A stretch of DNA of 64,000 bases from Candidatus Eiseniibacteriota bacterium. Lineage in GTDB: Bacteria; Eisenbacteria; RBG-16-71-46; JABDJR01. Under the pieces are notes generated by a model, which saw only the letters and a list, made by a program, of their open reading frames with translations, was not told where the DNA came from and searched no databases. A program made the translations under genes and the position numbers. The stretch covers positions 672,001 to 736,000 of the forward strand of contig CAVXKA010000003.1 of assembly GCA_963762255.1 (NCBI GenBank), in the 5' to 3' direction. This document shows, one piece after another, positions 40,284-50,865 of the stretch (positions within the stretch are counted from its first letter, which is position 1; each line of letters opens with the position of its first letter).

Positions 40284-40329
40284 GTCGTGCTCCATGATTG
40301 TTGCTGGGGGTGATTCCAAAATCGTGAGC

Positions 40330-41931
40330 CTAGTGGCCTCGCGGAGGCGGGTCAAGCTCGGCGGGCGGTTCCAGCCGGAAGCGAATCGCGGCAGCCCCTT
40401 CCCATCCGACGTCACGGGAATCCGCCGAGACCTCGAGCATCCAGCGCCCGCGAGGGATACCCACCCAGGCGCCGATCCACGTTCCCGCCTCCGGGCGATC
40501 CCATCCATAGAACCCGCCGGCCCGTCTGCGATGCCACCAGAGATCGGGGGCATCACCCTCGGAACGTGCGAGCGCCGCGCGGGCCTCCCAGTTCATCTTG
40601 CCTGCGTAGCCCGCGCGGAGCGTGGTGAGCCGGGCCCGACCCGCTGCTCGGCTTCGCTCCTCCGTGCGGAACAGGACGCGCCACTCCGTGCGCTCGTAGG
40701 CGATCTCGCCTCGGGCCAGGCGCTCCGTGTCCCCCGCGAACGGCTCTGAACCGGCCGCGCGCCGAGCGCGAGCGCGCCACACGAGACCGGCCCGCAACCC
40801 CGGAAGGAGGCGTTCCCCCACCTCCACGAGCTGCATCGAGGTTTCGCGAGACCACGCCCTGGTTGCCGGGTCGGGCTCTCGTCCGGCCTCGATCGCGGCG
40901 CGTATGAAACGCGACACGCCCCCCTGCCAGCGAGCATCCACACGCAGGCGGGACACGTCTTCGTCCTCGGGGTCTCGATAAAGCGGCGTCACCCGCACCG
41001 AGTAGCCCGCGCCGATACGGGTGAGGCTGCCTCGCAGCCGCCATGCGCCCTCCTGGACGCTCCACGATGCGCCCTGCGCGCTCCCGGCGCCCGCCCAGCG
41101 CCACTCCGCGCTCCAGGCGCCGGCCTCGGTCGTGCCGGCCGCGTCGAAGCCGCCGGACCATCCGTCTGCGCGCACGAGCGTGCCGCCCCATACTCCAAGC
41201 CTGCCGCGGCGACTCGCCTGAAGCGCACCCCAGGTGCGAGTCACCGCCTCCTGCACGGTGGAGCTTCGGCCGCGCAGAACCGCTCCCCCCACCGTCCATC
41301 GCGCTCCGGTTCGCGACAGAGCGGCCCCCGTTGCGGTGCGCTCATCGAACGAGAGGGACGGGCGCCAGATGCCGCTTGCAGGCTCGACAGGGGCGTCACC
41401 GCGCGGTTCGTCTCCGGCAGTCACCAGCAGCAGCCCCAGACCCTGCCGCGCGCGCAACGATCCCGCGGTGAGGGTCCACTCGCCGCGGGCGAGTCGAAGG
41501 GCGCCGCGCATCGAGGGGCCCGCGCCGGGGTCTCGGCGGGCCTTGCCCCGCAACTCCGCGCGACCGCGCGCGACCTGCACCGCGGATTCCTCCCGCACGC
41601 CGTCGTCACGCACGCGAATCCCGGCGGACGCGCGCGCCTCGACCGCGGGCTCCCAACACCACGCCCCCTCCAGTTCATCCCGCAGATCGGGGCTCGATCC
41701 CGGAAGCTCTTCGAGATCCTCCGGGCCTCGTAATCCCCCCTGACGCAGGCGCGCTCGGAGCCATTCCGCCTGCTCGGCGTCCAGGCTCAGCCGCTCGATC
41801 ACCGCCTCCAGCGAGGACGCATCCAACGGCTCGCAGTCGTCCGCGTCCTGCGCGCGCGCATCGCGTGTCACCATGGGAATCGCATACGCGAGCGACATCG
41901 CGAGAACCACGAGCATGAGCCGTCGCATCAT
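40330..41931 (-). CDS. Outer-membrane protein with N-terminal helix-hairpin-helix (ComEA-like) region and beta-barrel
   Basis: Signal peptide; 'LDASSLE..I..L...R...GGLR.PEDLEELPG' HhH-like segment, then amphipathic strands. Confidence 0.6.
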   Translation of the reverse strand: MMRRLMLVVLAMSLAYAIPMVTRDARAQDADDCEPLDASSLEAVIERLSLDAEQAEWLRARLRQGGLRGPEDLEELPGSSPDLRDELEGAWCWEPAVEARASAGIRVRDDGVREESAVQVARGRAELRGKARRDPGAGPSMRGALRLARGEWTLTAGSLRARQGLGLLLVTAGDEPRGDAPVEPASGIWRPSLSFDERTATGAALSRTGARWTVGGAVLRGRSSTVQEAVTRTWGALQASRRGRLGVWGGTLVRADGWSGGFDAAGTTEAGAWSAEWRWAGAGSAQGASWSVQEGAWRLRGSLTRIGAGYSVRVTPLYRDPEDEDVSRLRVDARWQGGVSRFIRAAIEAGREPDPATRAWSRETSMQLVEVGERLLPGLRAGLVWRARARRAAGSEPFAGDTERLARGEIAYERTEWRVLFRTEERSRAAGRARLTTLRAGYAGKMNWEARAALARSEGDAPDLWWHRRRAGGFYGWDRPEAGTWIGAWVGIPRGRWMLEVSADSRDVGWEGAAAIRFRLEPPAELDPPPRGH

Positions 41932-42692
41932 TGCCCACCTCCACCCAGGACGAGGCGGATACGGGAGATGCGGCCGAGGAGCGGGTGCGCGGTTTCCTCG
42001 GCGCGCAGTTCGACCGAGCGGCGACGGAGCGCGATGCCGATCGCGGGCGCCGAGCCCGCATAGGCAACGCTCCACACCAGGCCCGGTCGCGCATGCAACC
42101 CGAGCACGACGCGCAGATCTCCCGCGCGAGGGCCCATGTCGAAGCCCGCCCACCAGGGGCCGAGCGCGCCGTGCAGCGCGCAGATGACACTGGCGGCTTC
42201 GGCCCCCTCACCGGGGTACAGACTAGCTCTCACTCCGGCCAGCACTGGCGCGAACGGTTGGACACGCACATCGACGAGAGCGCGCTCCTGGCGCTCGCCC
42301 GCGAAGGCAAGCCTGCCGGCTCCTACCGCGAGACGGTGTCGGGCGCCTCGACGTACGAACCACCCTTCGACATCGTCGGCCGGGCCCGCGCGATCGCTCC
42401 ACGCGCGACGCCACCCCACCGCGAACCCGAAACCTCCCGCGGGCTCGCGCCCCGCGCGCAGCGCCGACTCCCACTCTCCGCTCACCGCCTCGCGGGAGAG
42501 CGCTCCCGCTTCCCAACGCCAGCCGCTCGTCGCGCCGAACCCCGCCGACGGATCGAGATGGTCGCACGCCTCCCAAGGTGTCGCGTCCCACGCTGCCCCG
42601 TCGCCTTGGGCCGGAGCCGCGTGCGCGACCGTCGCCGCGAAATACGCGGCGAAGAACGCGGCGAACACCAGGCCCATGGCGCCCGCCCTCAT
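41928..42692 (-). CDS. Hypothetical small beta-barrel outer-membrane protein
   Basis: Signal peptide; alternating strands; ends HPLLGRISRIRLVL; ATGA overlaps on both sides. Confidence 0.6.
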   Translation of the reverse strand: MRAGAMGLVFAAFFAAYFAATVAHAAPAQGDGAAWDATPWEACDHLDPSAGFGATSGWRWEAGALSREAVSGEWESALRAGREPAGGFGFAVGWRRAWSDRAGPADDVEGWFVRRGARHRLAVGAGRLAFAGERQERALVDVRVQPFAPVLAGVRASLYPGEGAEAASVICALHGALGPWWAGFDMGPRAGDLRVVLGLHARPGLVWSVAYAGSAPAIGIALRRRSVELRAEETAHPLLGRISRIRLVLGGGGQ

Positions 42693-43588
42693 CGCGACAC
42701 CCAGACGGAGCGACAGGCGCGCACGGGATCCGCGCCTTCCGCACGCCACTGCATACAGAGGAAGTAGCGCCCGCTGCGCGGCGGAAGCGGAGCATCGCTT
42801 CCCCAGACCCAACGACCCACCGCGGGCGTGGGCGCCGGCTCGCGCAACACCGCCACCTCGCGGCCTTCCACGTCGAGAAGCCGCAGTGCCATCGTGCCGG
42901 GAGCGGGAAGCGTGAAGTCGAAGACAGCGGGTCCGCGACTCGGACTCACGCGCGTCGGCCCATCGATCTCTCCGCGGTGCGACGCGCCGACGGGTCCGGC
43001 GAGGCTGTTCCGGCGACCCGGCGTGGCGCCGCGCACATCGAACGACCACCCCCAGGCTCCCGGCTCCAGCGCGGAACCGCGCGCATCCACGCGCTCCAGG
43101 CTCACGCCCGGATCGACCGGGAGCCACGCCTCGAAGTACGCCACCGAATCGATCGTCGCGCCGGAAGCATCGGCCAGCCTGAGCACGTCCGCCGGCGCAC
43201 CCGGCGCCGCATCGTGATCGTTGAGAACGGGCCAACCGTCCGGTCGCAGCACCACCACTGTGTCGGCGAGAGCGAACGCGACACGAACGCTATCGGGCTT
43301 GGAGGCGAGCACCAGGAAACCGCCCGGCGCGAGCACCGCCGGACCCGAAATCTTCTTCGGCTTGTTGGTGGCGTCGGCGAGCGTCCACCCCTCGATGGAG
43401 ACCGCGGCGGGCCCGGGGTTGTGGATCTCGATCCACTCGCCCTCTCCCCCGCGCGGGCGGGCGACGATCTCGTTGACGATCGGCGCGGCAGAGACCGCAC
43501 TCCGCGACGGCACGAGGACCGCCGCACTCCCCCCGATCATCAGGCCGACAATGAGGCCGGCACGCAAAGCCGCGCTGCGCGCGAGCAT
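42689..43588 (-). CDS. Lamin-tail-domain protein with FlgD-Ig-like CTD
   Basis: IVNEIVARP..EWIEIHN, SLER, ATPGRRNS; LLDVEGREV...SGRYFL. Confidence 0.8.
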   Translation of the reverse strand: MLARSAALRAGLIVGLMIGGSAAVLVPSRSAVSAAPIVNEIVARPRGGEGEWIEIHNPGPAAVSIEGWTLADATNKPKKISGPAVLAPGGFLVLASKPDSVRVAFALADTVVVLRPDGWPVLNDHDAAPGAPADVLRLADASGATIDSVAYFEAWLPVDPGVSLERVDARGSALEPGAWGWSFDVRGATPGRRNSLAGPVGASHRGEIDGPTRVSPSRGPAVFDFTLPAPGTMALRLLDVEGREVAVLREPAPTPAVGRWVWGSDAPLPPRSGRYFLCMQWRAEGADPVRACRSVWVSR

Positions 43589-43658
43589 GGTGCACTCCTT
43601 TCGGACGGGGCGACCGAAAGGACGGAGAAACGACGGGGGCTACGTCACGACGAGGGGG

Positions 43659-45872
43659 CTAGATCATGCCGCGCCGCCGCCGCAGGAACCACTCCGCGGA
43701 AGCGAACGCCACGAACAAGACGAAGGCGAACGGGCTATCCCAGAGCGCAACCTGTACGCGCTCCTCCTCGGCCTGGGCGATGGCGCGGAACTCCTCGCTC
43801 AGTCCATCCAGCGAATCGGGAGACCAGAGCTTGCCGCCGCTGGCTTGCGCGATGCGGGCGAGGATCTCGTGATCGGCTTCGAGGCGCTCCATCTCCGCGC
43901 CCAACGAATCCACCGCGAAGACGCCCTCCACCGTGCCGAGCGCGTTCCCGCCGGAGCTGGCGCGGCCTTCATACCGATAGCGCCCGGGGGCGAGACCCTG
44001 AAGAGCGCCGCTCAGGATTCCCTCGCTCCCCTCCAGCGCCAACCGCTTCGGCTGTGCGTCGCCGCTGTCGGCGGGACTCACCGAGACCTCGGCCTCCGCT
44101 CCCGCCACCGGTTGATAGCTCTCGTCGGTGACGCGCGCGACGAAGATCACGGGCTTGCCGCGGCCGATCACGTTCTCCTCGGGGTGAATGTCCACGCGCG
44201 CTTCGATGTCGGGGCGCGCGAGCCAGTGCGCGGCGCGACGCCACCACGCCGGAAGCACGTTGCCGCCGGGCCCGAGGCCCGTGCTCTTGAAGTCCCACTT
44301 CCACATACCGCCCGCGGTGAAGGCGAGCACGCGCCCCTGTCCCGCGCGCATCCAGGTGAGGACGGGGAGTCCTTCCGCGCCTGCCGAACCTGCGAGGAGC
44401 GTCTCGGCGCCCCCCTTCGCCGGACCGAGCCCCGCGGGCATGCCCACCGGAGGGAGATCCGCCCAGGCGTCCAGTGTCGGCGCGCCGGGCACCGAGGGAT
44501 CGAAGAGCGCGTGACGACGCCCGGCGATCGTGAGCCGCGCCTGCGTGTCCTCACCGCCCGCGCCCGCGATCTGCACGGGAAGAAGCGCCTCGAGGGGACT
44601 CCCCCGCCACGCGGCAAGCACATCGTCGTCGCTTCCGGTCACGATGAACAACCCGCCGCCCGCGCGCACGAAGGCGAGCACGCCCTGCGCACCGTCCGGG
44701 CCGAGCTGCGCGGGGGATACGTGATCGAGCACGATCACCCGCACACCGTGCAGGCTCGCACCGTTCAGGGACGGCGGCGTTCGGGTGCCGGGCACCGTGC
44801 GGAACGATCCCTTGGTCCAATAGCCCGCGCTCAAGGCGAGCGTGGAGTCGGCTTCCAGCGCCCGCCGCAGGAATGTGTGGTCCCAGGTGAGCCGGCCGCT
44901 CAGCACGACGACGCCGGTCTTCTCTTCCCGCACGTCGATGGCGACCAGCCGCCGGTTGTTGGCGCCCGTGGCCTCGCCGGGAAGCGCCGGCACGCGAACT
45001 TCGATGAAGCGCAGTCCCGGACGCGGAGGCACGAAGCTCAGGTCGGCGCGTACCTCTGCGCCGTCGGGCTCGAGGCGCACGGTGCTCGTCGCAAGCTCGC
45101 GTTCGCCGTCGGTCACGTCGAGGAGCCGCGCCTGCACGGAGGTGCCGTCAAGCCCCTGCAAACGCAGCACCGCTTCCACCGGCGTGCGCTCACCCGCGAA
45201 CGCCTCGCGGTTGGCGCGCACGCGCGTCACGGCGAGATCGGGCGCCGGCAGGGGCGAACCCAGCGCCACGGTTTGCACCGGAATGCCGAGCCTGCGCGCA
45301 GTGGACACCGGATCCCCGCCCTGCGTGGCGGTCCCGTCGCTCACCAGCACCATGGCCCCCGGCCGTCCCGCGGGCCCGCCGCCGGCCATTCCCTGCTCGA
45401 GCGCGGCGGCGATATCGGTGGCCTCGCCGTCGGGAGGAGGAATTACGTCCGGCTCCAGGGGAGCGCCGAGCGCGGTCGCGAAGGGGCGCGCGCCCAGCGG
45501 ATACTCGCCCTCGAGTTCGCGCCGTACCGAGGCGGCGGCGCGGCGGAGCTCCTGGTCCCGGGTCTCGTCCGGCTGCGCGCCGGCCAGCGTGAGGCTTTCG
45601 CTGCGGTCGAGGAGCAAGAGCACGCCGCGGGCGGCGCCGCCGGGCACGGCGAGGCTCACCACCGGCCGGCAGAGGATCGCGATCAGGGTGAGGAGCGCCA
45701 TCGCGCGCAGACCGGCGAGAAGCGTGCGCAAGCCGGGCTTGAGCGGGGCGTCGGTGCGCCGGTACACGAACGCGGCATAGGCCACCGCAGCCACGGCGAG
45801 GATGATGAAGAGCCAGCCGGCGTGTCCGGGAGGATCCCAGGCAAGACCGCGCCAGCGTTCGATCCAATTCAA
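43659..45872 (-). CDS. Membrane-anchored vWA-domain protein with Ig-like and GATase-like regions
   Basis: Two N-terminal TM helices, LLLDRSES (MIDAS), TDI, LVSDG; C-terminal TM then EWFLRRRRG. Confidence 0.8.
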   Translation of the reverse strand: MNWIERWRGLAWDPPGHAGWLFIILAVAAVAYAAFVYRRTDAPLKPGLRTLLAGLRAMALLTLIAILCRPVVSLAVPGGAARGVLLLLDRSESLTLAGAQPDETRDQELRRAAASVRRELEGEYPLGARPFATALGAPLEPDVIPPPDGEATDIAAALEQGMAGGGPAGRPGAMVLVSDGTATQGGDPVSTARRLGIPVQTVALGSPLPAPDLAVTRVRANREAFAGERTPVEAVLRLQGLDGTSVQARLLDVTDGERELATSTVRLEPDGAEVRADLSFVPPRPGLRFIEVRVPALPGEATGANNRRLVAIDVREEKTGVVVLSGRLTWDHTFLRRALEADSTLALSAGYWTKGSFRTVPGTRTPPSLNGASLHGVRVIVLDHVSPAQLGPDGAQGVLAFVRAGGGLFIVTGSDDDVLAAWRGSPLEALLPVQIAGAGGEDTQARLTIAGRRHALFDPSVPGAPTLDAWADLPPVGMPAGLGPAKGGAETLLAGSAGAEGLPVLTWMRAGQGRVLAFTAGGMWKWDFKSTGLGPGGNVLPAWWRRAAHWLARPDIEARVDIHPEENVIGRGKPVIFVARVTDESYQPVAGAEAEVSVSPADSGDAQPKRLALEGSEGILSGALQGLAPGRYRYEGRASSGGNALGTVEGVFAVDSLGAEMERLEADHEILARIAQASGGKLWSPDSLDGLSEEFRAIAQAEEERVQVALWDSPFAFVLFVAFASAEWFLRRRRGMI

Positions 45873-46068
45873 CTGTGAATGCCTTTGCTCGGGTTGCGAA
45901 CGGAGACGACCACCTGGACGGACCTGGACGGAGGGAAGAGAGCCATCACGGCGGGGATGAAAAACGCTAGCAGGCGGTTTCGCACCATGTCAAAACATTC
46001 CTCTCGCCCGGGCGGGAGCGCTTGCGGCTGAGCCGCGTCAGAACGCCACCGCGCGTGCGGTGTCGGCC

Positions 46069-46833
46069 TCAAAGTGCTTCCGCGCCCATCCGGGCGCGGG
46101 CGAGCGCGGCCAGCCCCGCCGAGGCGGCAACGCGAAACGAGTACGGCAACTGCGCGGAGAGCGGCGTCTCGTCGGGGTTGATCTCAACGACCGGCACGCC
46201 CCGTCGCGCGGCGATCCCGGGAAGTGCCGCCGCCGGGTAGACCACCGAAGAGGTCCCCACCACCCAGGCCATGTCGGCCTCCTCCAGCGCCTGGGCCGCG
46301 TCGTCCATGGCGTCGGCGGGAAGGGACTCCCCGAACCAGACCACGTCGGGACGCAATCGCCCGCGGCCGCACGCGCAGGCGGTTGCGGCGGGATCCACTT
46401 CGTGCGCGCCGGCGGTGCGCCCGCAGCCGTCCTCGCAGCGCGCACGCGTGATGGTACCGTGGAGTTCGATCACGTTCGTGCTGCCCGAGCGCTGGTGCAT
46501 GCCGTCCACGTTCTGCGTGATGAGCGTGAAGCGCTTGAAGCCGCCGTCACGTTCGAGTGCTGCGAGCGCACGATGACCGGCGTGTGGCTGCGCCTCGCGC
46601 ACGCGATCGAGCCGCCAGCGGTACCAGCGCCACACGCGCTCGGGATCGCGGGCGAAGGCCTGCGGGGTGGCGAGTTCTTCGGGGCGGAAGCCCTCCCAGA
46701 GCCCTCCGGCGCCGCGGAAGACGGGCACGCCGCTCTCGGCCGACATGCCGGCGCCGGTGAGCACGACGAGGCGTCTGGCCGCGCGGATCGCGGCGGCGAG
46801 GTCTGTGGGGAGAGTGACGGAGTCCGTGGTCAT
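46069..46833 (-). CDS. cobB: NAD-dependent protein deacylase (class III sirtuin)
   Basis: GAGMSAESG, YxxR, TQNVDGMH, LHG, Zn-binding Cys, RPDVVWFGE, GTS. Confidence 0.95.
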   Translation of the reverse strand: MTTDSVTLPTDLAAAIRAARRLVVLTGAGMSAESGVPVFRGAGGLWEGFRPEELATPQAFARDPERVWRWYRWRLDRVREAQPHAGHRALAALERDGGFKRFTLITQNVDGMHQRSGSTNVIELHGTITRARCEDGCGRTAGAHEVDPAATACACGRGRLRPDVVWFGESLPADAMDDAAQALEEADMAWVVGTSSVVYPAAALPGIAARRGVPVVEINPDETPLSAQLPYSFRVAASAGLAALARARMGAEAL

Positions 46834-47780
46834 CGAGATTCGGGCGGCGTCGCGGCCCCGTCTTCCACCCCCACCTTCCCCAGGATCACGGCCATCGGCC
46901 CGTGCGCCTCGGGGACATGCCCCGCGTGCCGCAAGTTGTAGATGCCGATGATCGCCACCTGCACCGTGGTGAGGAGGAGCACGAAACCGAGAGCGATTTC
47001 GAGCAACTCGACGAGTTGCGCTGCCGGCTCGGGTTGGAGCAAATGCCTCGCCAGCACCACCGCCAGTACAAGCCCGGTGGTAATGACACCGGCGGACTTG
47101 CCGAGCACGGTCGGCCGGATCGCCACCGGGCCGTGGGTGATGTAGATCCAGGCCGCGCCAAACATCAACAGGCCGTAGCGGATCAACACGAGGGTGAGGA
47201 TCCATCCCGAGAAGTAGCCCGCTCGCGTGAGCCCCACGACAACGCCCACATTGAAGAGCACGTCCACGATCGGGTCGAAGATGCGCCCCATGCGGGTGGA
47301 GGCGTTGAGTCGCCGCGCGGCCATGCCGTCGGCCACGTCGCTCAGGGCGCCGGTGAGAAACGCGGCCAGCGCGAGCGATTTGTGCTGCTCGATGATGAAG
47401 AGGTAGAAGGCGGGGATGGCCAGGAGTCGTCCCAGCGTGAGGAAGTTGGGCAGGCCGAGCCCGGTGAGGAAGAGTTCCTCGTCGGTGCGGAACATGCGCA
47501 GATGCAGGGTGATCCATGCAAGGCCGCCGAGGAGCCACCACGACGAGAAGATGAAGTACTCGACGGCAAGCCGCCGGTCGACCAGGAAGGAGACGGCGAC
47601 CGCGACGAGGAAAAGGAAGACGAGGTGACCGAGACCGGCCAGGATCACGCTTCGCAGCGCCTTCGGCCGGCTCAGGGCCGCGTCGTACGAGAGATGCAGG
47701 CAGCGCCAGACGTACCGACCCGCCGCCCGCGGGCCGTAGCGCGCCGCACGCAGATCCTGGAGGTAGGGCTCCACGAACAT
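46830..47780 (-). CDS. CDP-alcohol phosphatidyltransferase family protein
   Basis: PNFLTLGR, SDVADG..ARR...G..FDP..D. Confidence 0.9.
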   Translation of the reverse strand: MFVEPYLQDLRAARYGPRAAGRYVWRCLHLSYDAALSRPKALRSVILAGLGHLVFLFLVAVAVSFLVDRRLAVEYFIFSSWWLLGGLAWITLHLRMFRTDEELFLTGLGLPNFLTLGRLLAIPAFYLFIIEQHKSLALAAFLTGALSDVADGMAARRLNASTRMGRIFDPIVDVLFNVGVVVGLTRAGYFSGWILTLVLIRYGLLMFGAAWIYITHGPVAIRPTVLGKSAGVITTGLVLAVVLARHLLQPEPAAQLVELLEIALGFVLLLTTVQVAIIGIYNLRHAGHVPEAHGPMAVILGKVGVEDGAATPPESR

Positions 47781-47935
47781 GGCGCCCCCATTCTAGCAGC
47801 GACGGATGGAATTCGTCGCCACGATGTGTACCCGGGTATCCGCGCGGCACCGCCTCGCTACGCGTCGCCGTGCGTGCTCGCGAACGGGTCCCGCCTAAGC
47901 GCCCGTCCGCGGAGCGGCGCACCCGGGGTGACACA

Positions 47936-47965
47936 GCGCGATGCTCACCCAGGTGAGCATCGCGC
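47936..47965. terminator. Perfect 14-bp inverted repeat just downstream of ppdK
   Basis: GCGCGATGCTCACC-CA-GGTGAGCATCGCGC; no clear U tract. Confidence 0.45.
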
Positions 47966-47976
47966 CGCATGAAGCG

Positions 47977-50774
47977 CTACGCCGTGGTGCCGATCGCGGT
48001 CTCCGTTCCCTCGCTGAGCGCGGCGTGCGCCGCCGCCAGCCGCGCGATCGGCACGCGGTACGGCGAACACGACACGTAGTCGAACCCGAGCCCGTGACAG
48101 AAGAACACCGAGTCCGGATCCCCGCCGTGCTCGCCGCAGATGCCGATCTTGATCTTGGGGTTCGTGCTCCGCCCGCGCTCCACCGCGATCCGCACCAGGT
48201 CGCCCACGCCGGTCCGGTCGAGCGAAATGAACGGATCCTGCTTCAAGATCCCGTTGGCCAGGTAGAACGGCAGGAACCGCCCCACGTCGTCGCGGCTGAA
48301 GCCGAGCGTCATCTGCGTGAGATCGTTCGTCCCGAACGAGAAGAACTGCGCGGTCTCGGCGATCTCGTTCGCCGTCAGCGCCGCGCGCGGCACCTCGATC
48401 ATCGTCCCCACAAGGTAGTCCAGCTTCACGCCCATGCGCTCGAGGGTCTCGGTCGGCCACCCGCACCACCACGTCGCGCTGGTTGTCGAGCTCGGTCTTG
48501 TTGCCGACGAGCGGGATCATGATCTCGGGGAGAACCTCGACCCCTTCCTTCTTCAGGTCGCAGGCGGCCTCGATGATGGCCCGCACCTGCATCGCGGTGA
48601 TCTCGGGGAAGGTGATGCCGAGGCGGCATCCGCGGTGCCCCAGCATCGGGTTGAACTCGTGGAGGATCTCCACGCGCCGCAGGAGCAGCTTCTTCTCCTC
48701 CAGCTCCGCCCCCTTCTGCCCCTTGGCCTCCATCACCGCGATCTCCACCATCAGCTCTTCGCGCTTGGGGAGGAACTCGTGGAGCGGCGGATCGAGCGTG
48801 CGGATGGTGACCGGCTTGCCCGCCATCGCCTTGAGCACGCCGTAGAAGTCGCTCTTCTGCATGGGGAGGAGCATGTCGAGCGCCCCGAGGTATCCCTTGG
48901 CCGGAGCCGCCGCCTTCTGCTCGGCGTCCCGAAGCCGCGCTTCGCGCGTCCGCCTTGTCGTGCCCGCCCGCCTTTTCGCACGCGGCGCGCGCCGCAGCCA
49001 GCTCGGTCTGCGTGGCCCGATACTCGCCGGCGGAAAGGATCATCTCGCGCACCCAGCGGATGCGGTCCTCGCCGAAGAACATATGCTCGGTGCGGCAGAG
49101 GCCGATTCCCTCCGCGCCCATCTCGATCGCCTTCTTGGCATCGCGCGGAACGTCGGCGTTCGCGCGCACCTTCAAGCGGCGGAACGAGTCGGCCCACGAC
49201 ATGAACTCGGCGAACTCGCCGCCGACGGTGGGCTCCATCAGCTCGGCCTGGCCGAGCATGAGCTCGCCGGTGGTCCCGTCGATCGTGACCCAATCGCCTT
49301 CCTTGACCGTGACGTCGCCGACGCGCAGCAGCCGCTCCTTCTCGCTCACTTCCGCGGCGCCGCACCCGGCCACGCAGGGCTTGCCCATGCCGCGCGCCAC
49401 CACCGCCGCGTGCGAGGTCATGCCGCCGGTGGCCGTGAGAATCCCCTTGGCCGCATCCATGCCGTGGATATCGTCGGGGTTGGTCTCGGCGCGGATAAGT
49501 ACGACCTTCTCGCCCTTTTCCGACCAGGCCAGCGCGTCGTCGGCCAGGAACACCGCGCGACCCGCCGCGGCGCCGGGAGAGGCTGGAAGTCCCGTGGCGA
49601 GCGTCTTGGGCTTCTTGGCCGGGTTCACGCGCGGGTGCAGCAATTGGTCGAGATCGCCCGGCGGCACGCGCAGCACCGCCGTCTTCTTGTCGATGAGCCC
49701 CTCGTGCACCATGTCCACCGCGATCCTCACCGCGGCGGCGCCGGTGCGCTTGCCGGTTCGCGTCTGCAACAGGTAGAGCGTGCCGTCCTCGATGGTGAAT
49801 TCGAAATCCTGGATGTCCTTGTAGTGCTTCTCCAGGTGATCCGTGATCTCGCGCAATTGCTTGTAGGCTGCGGGCATCTCCTTGCCGAGTTCGACGATCG
49901 GCTTGGGGGTGCGAATGCCAGCCACCACGTCCTCTCCCTGCGCGTTCGTGAGGTACTCGCCGTAGAACTCCTTCACCCCGCTGGCGGGATTACGGGTGAA
50001 GCCCACGCCGGTGGCCGACGAAGGTCCCATGTTGCCGAACACCATCGCCTGCACGTTGACCGCGGTACCGAGATCGTCCGGGATCTTGTTCTGGCGGCGA
50101 TAGTAGGTCGCGCGCGGGTTGTTCCAGGAGCGGAACACCGCGTCGCGGGCCATGTCGAGCTGCGCCCTCGGATCCTGCGGGAAGTCCTTTCCCGAGGCTT
50201 CCTTCACGATCGCCCGGAACCGGGCGACCAGGAGCTTCAGATCCTCGGTCCCGAGATCGAGATCCAGCTTCACCCCGCGCTCCTTCTTGAGCGCGGAAAG
50301 CTCCTCCTCGAAGCGCCGCTTCGAGATGTCGAGTACGACGTCGCTGAACATCGAGATGAAGCGGCGATAGCAGTCCCACGCGAAGCGCTCGTTGCCGGTC
50401 TTCGCGGTGAGCCCCTGCACGCTCTTGTCGTTGAGCCCGAGGTTCAGGATCGTGTCCATCATCCCGGGCATCGAGAACTTGGCGCCGGATCGCACGCTCA
50501 CGAGGAGCGGATCGGCGGGATCGCCGAGCTTCTTGCCGAGGAGCTTCTCCAGGCGCTCGATGTACCGATCCTGCTCCGTCTGCACCGCCGGAGGAACCCG
50601 GCCTTCCTTCTGATACGCGATGCATACGCGGGTGGAGATGGTGAAGCCGGGCGGCACCGGGACACCGGCGTTCGTCATCTCGGCGAGCCCGGCCCCCTTT
50701 CCGCCCAACACGTCCTTCATGCCGCCGTTGCCGTCCGCTTTGCCGCCGCCGAAGAAGAAGATTTCCTGCTGCAA
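47977..50774 (-). CDS. ppdK: Pyruvate, phosphate dikinase; two frameshifts (about 48945 and 48452)
   Basis: [60 protein letters not shown] across three frames. Confidence 0.93.
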
Positions 50775-50865
50775 GGTCAGAGTCTCCTCATGCTGTGATA
50801 GGGATCGCCCGGTTCACCGGGCCGCTGCTCTATTCGTTCTATTGCGATCGTCGCGGCTCCGGGGG

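Noticed and set aside
48430-48960. Programmed frameshifting or pseudogenisation of ppdK
   Set aside because: Single-base indels with no slippery sequence and fully conserved flanks. Similar indels occur at about 14145, 18538 and 62841, so read or assembly error is more likely; read mapping would decide.
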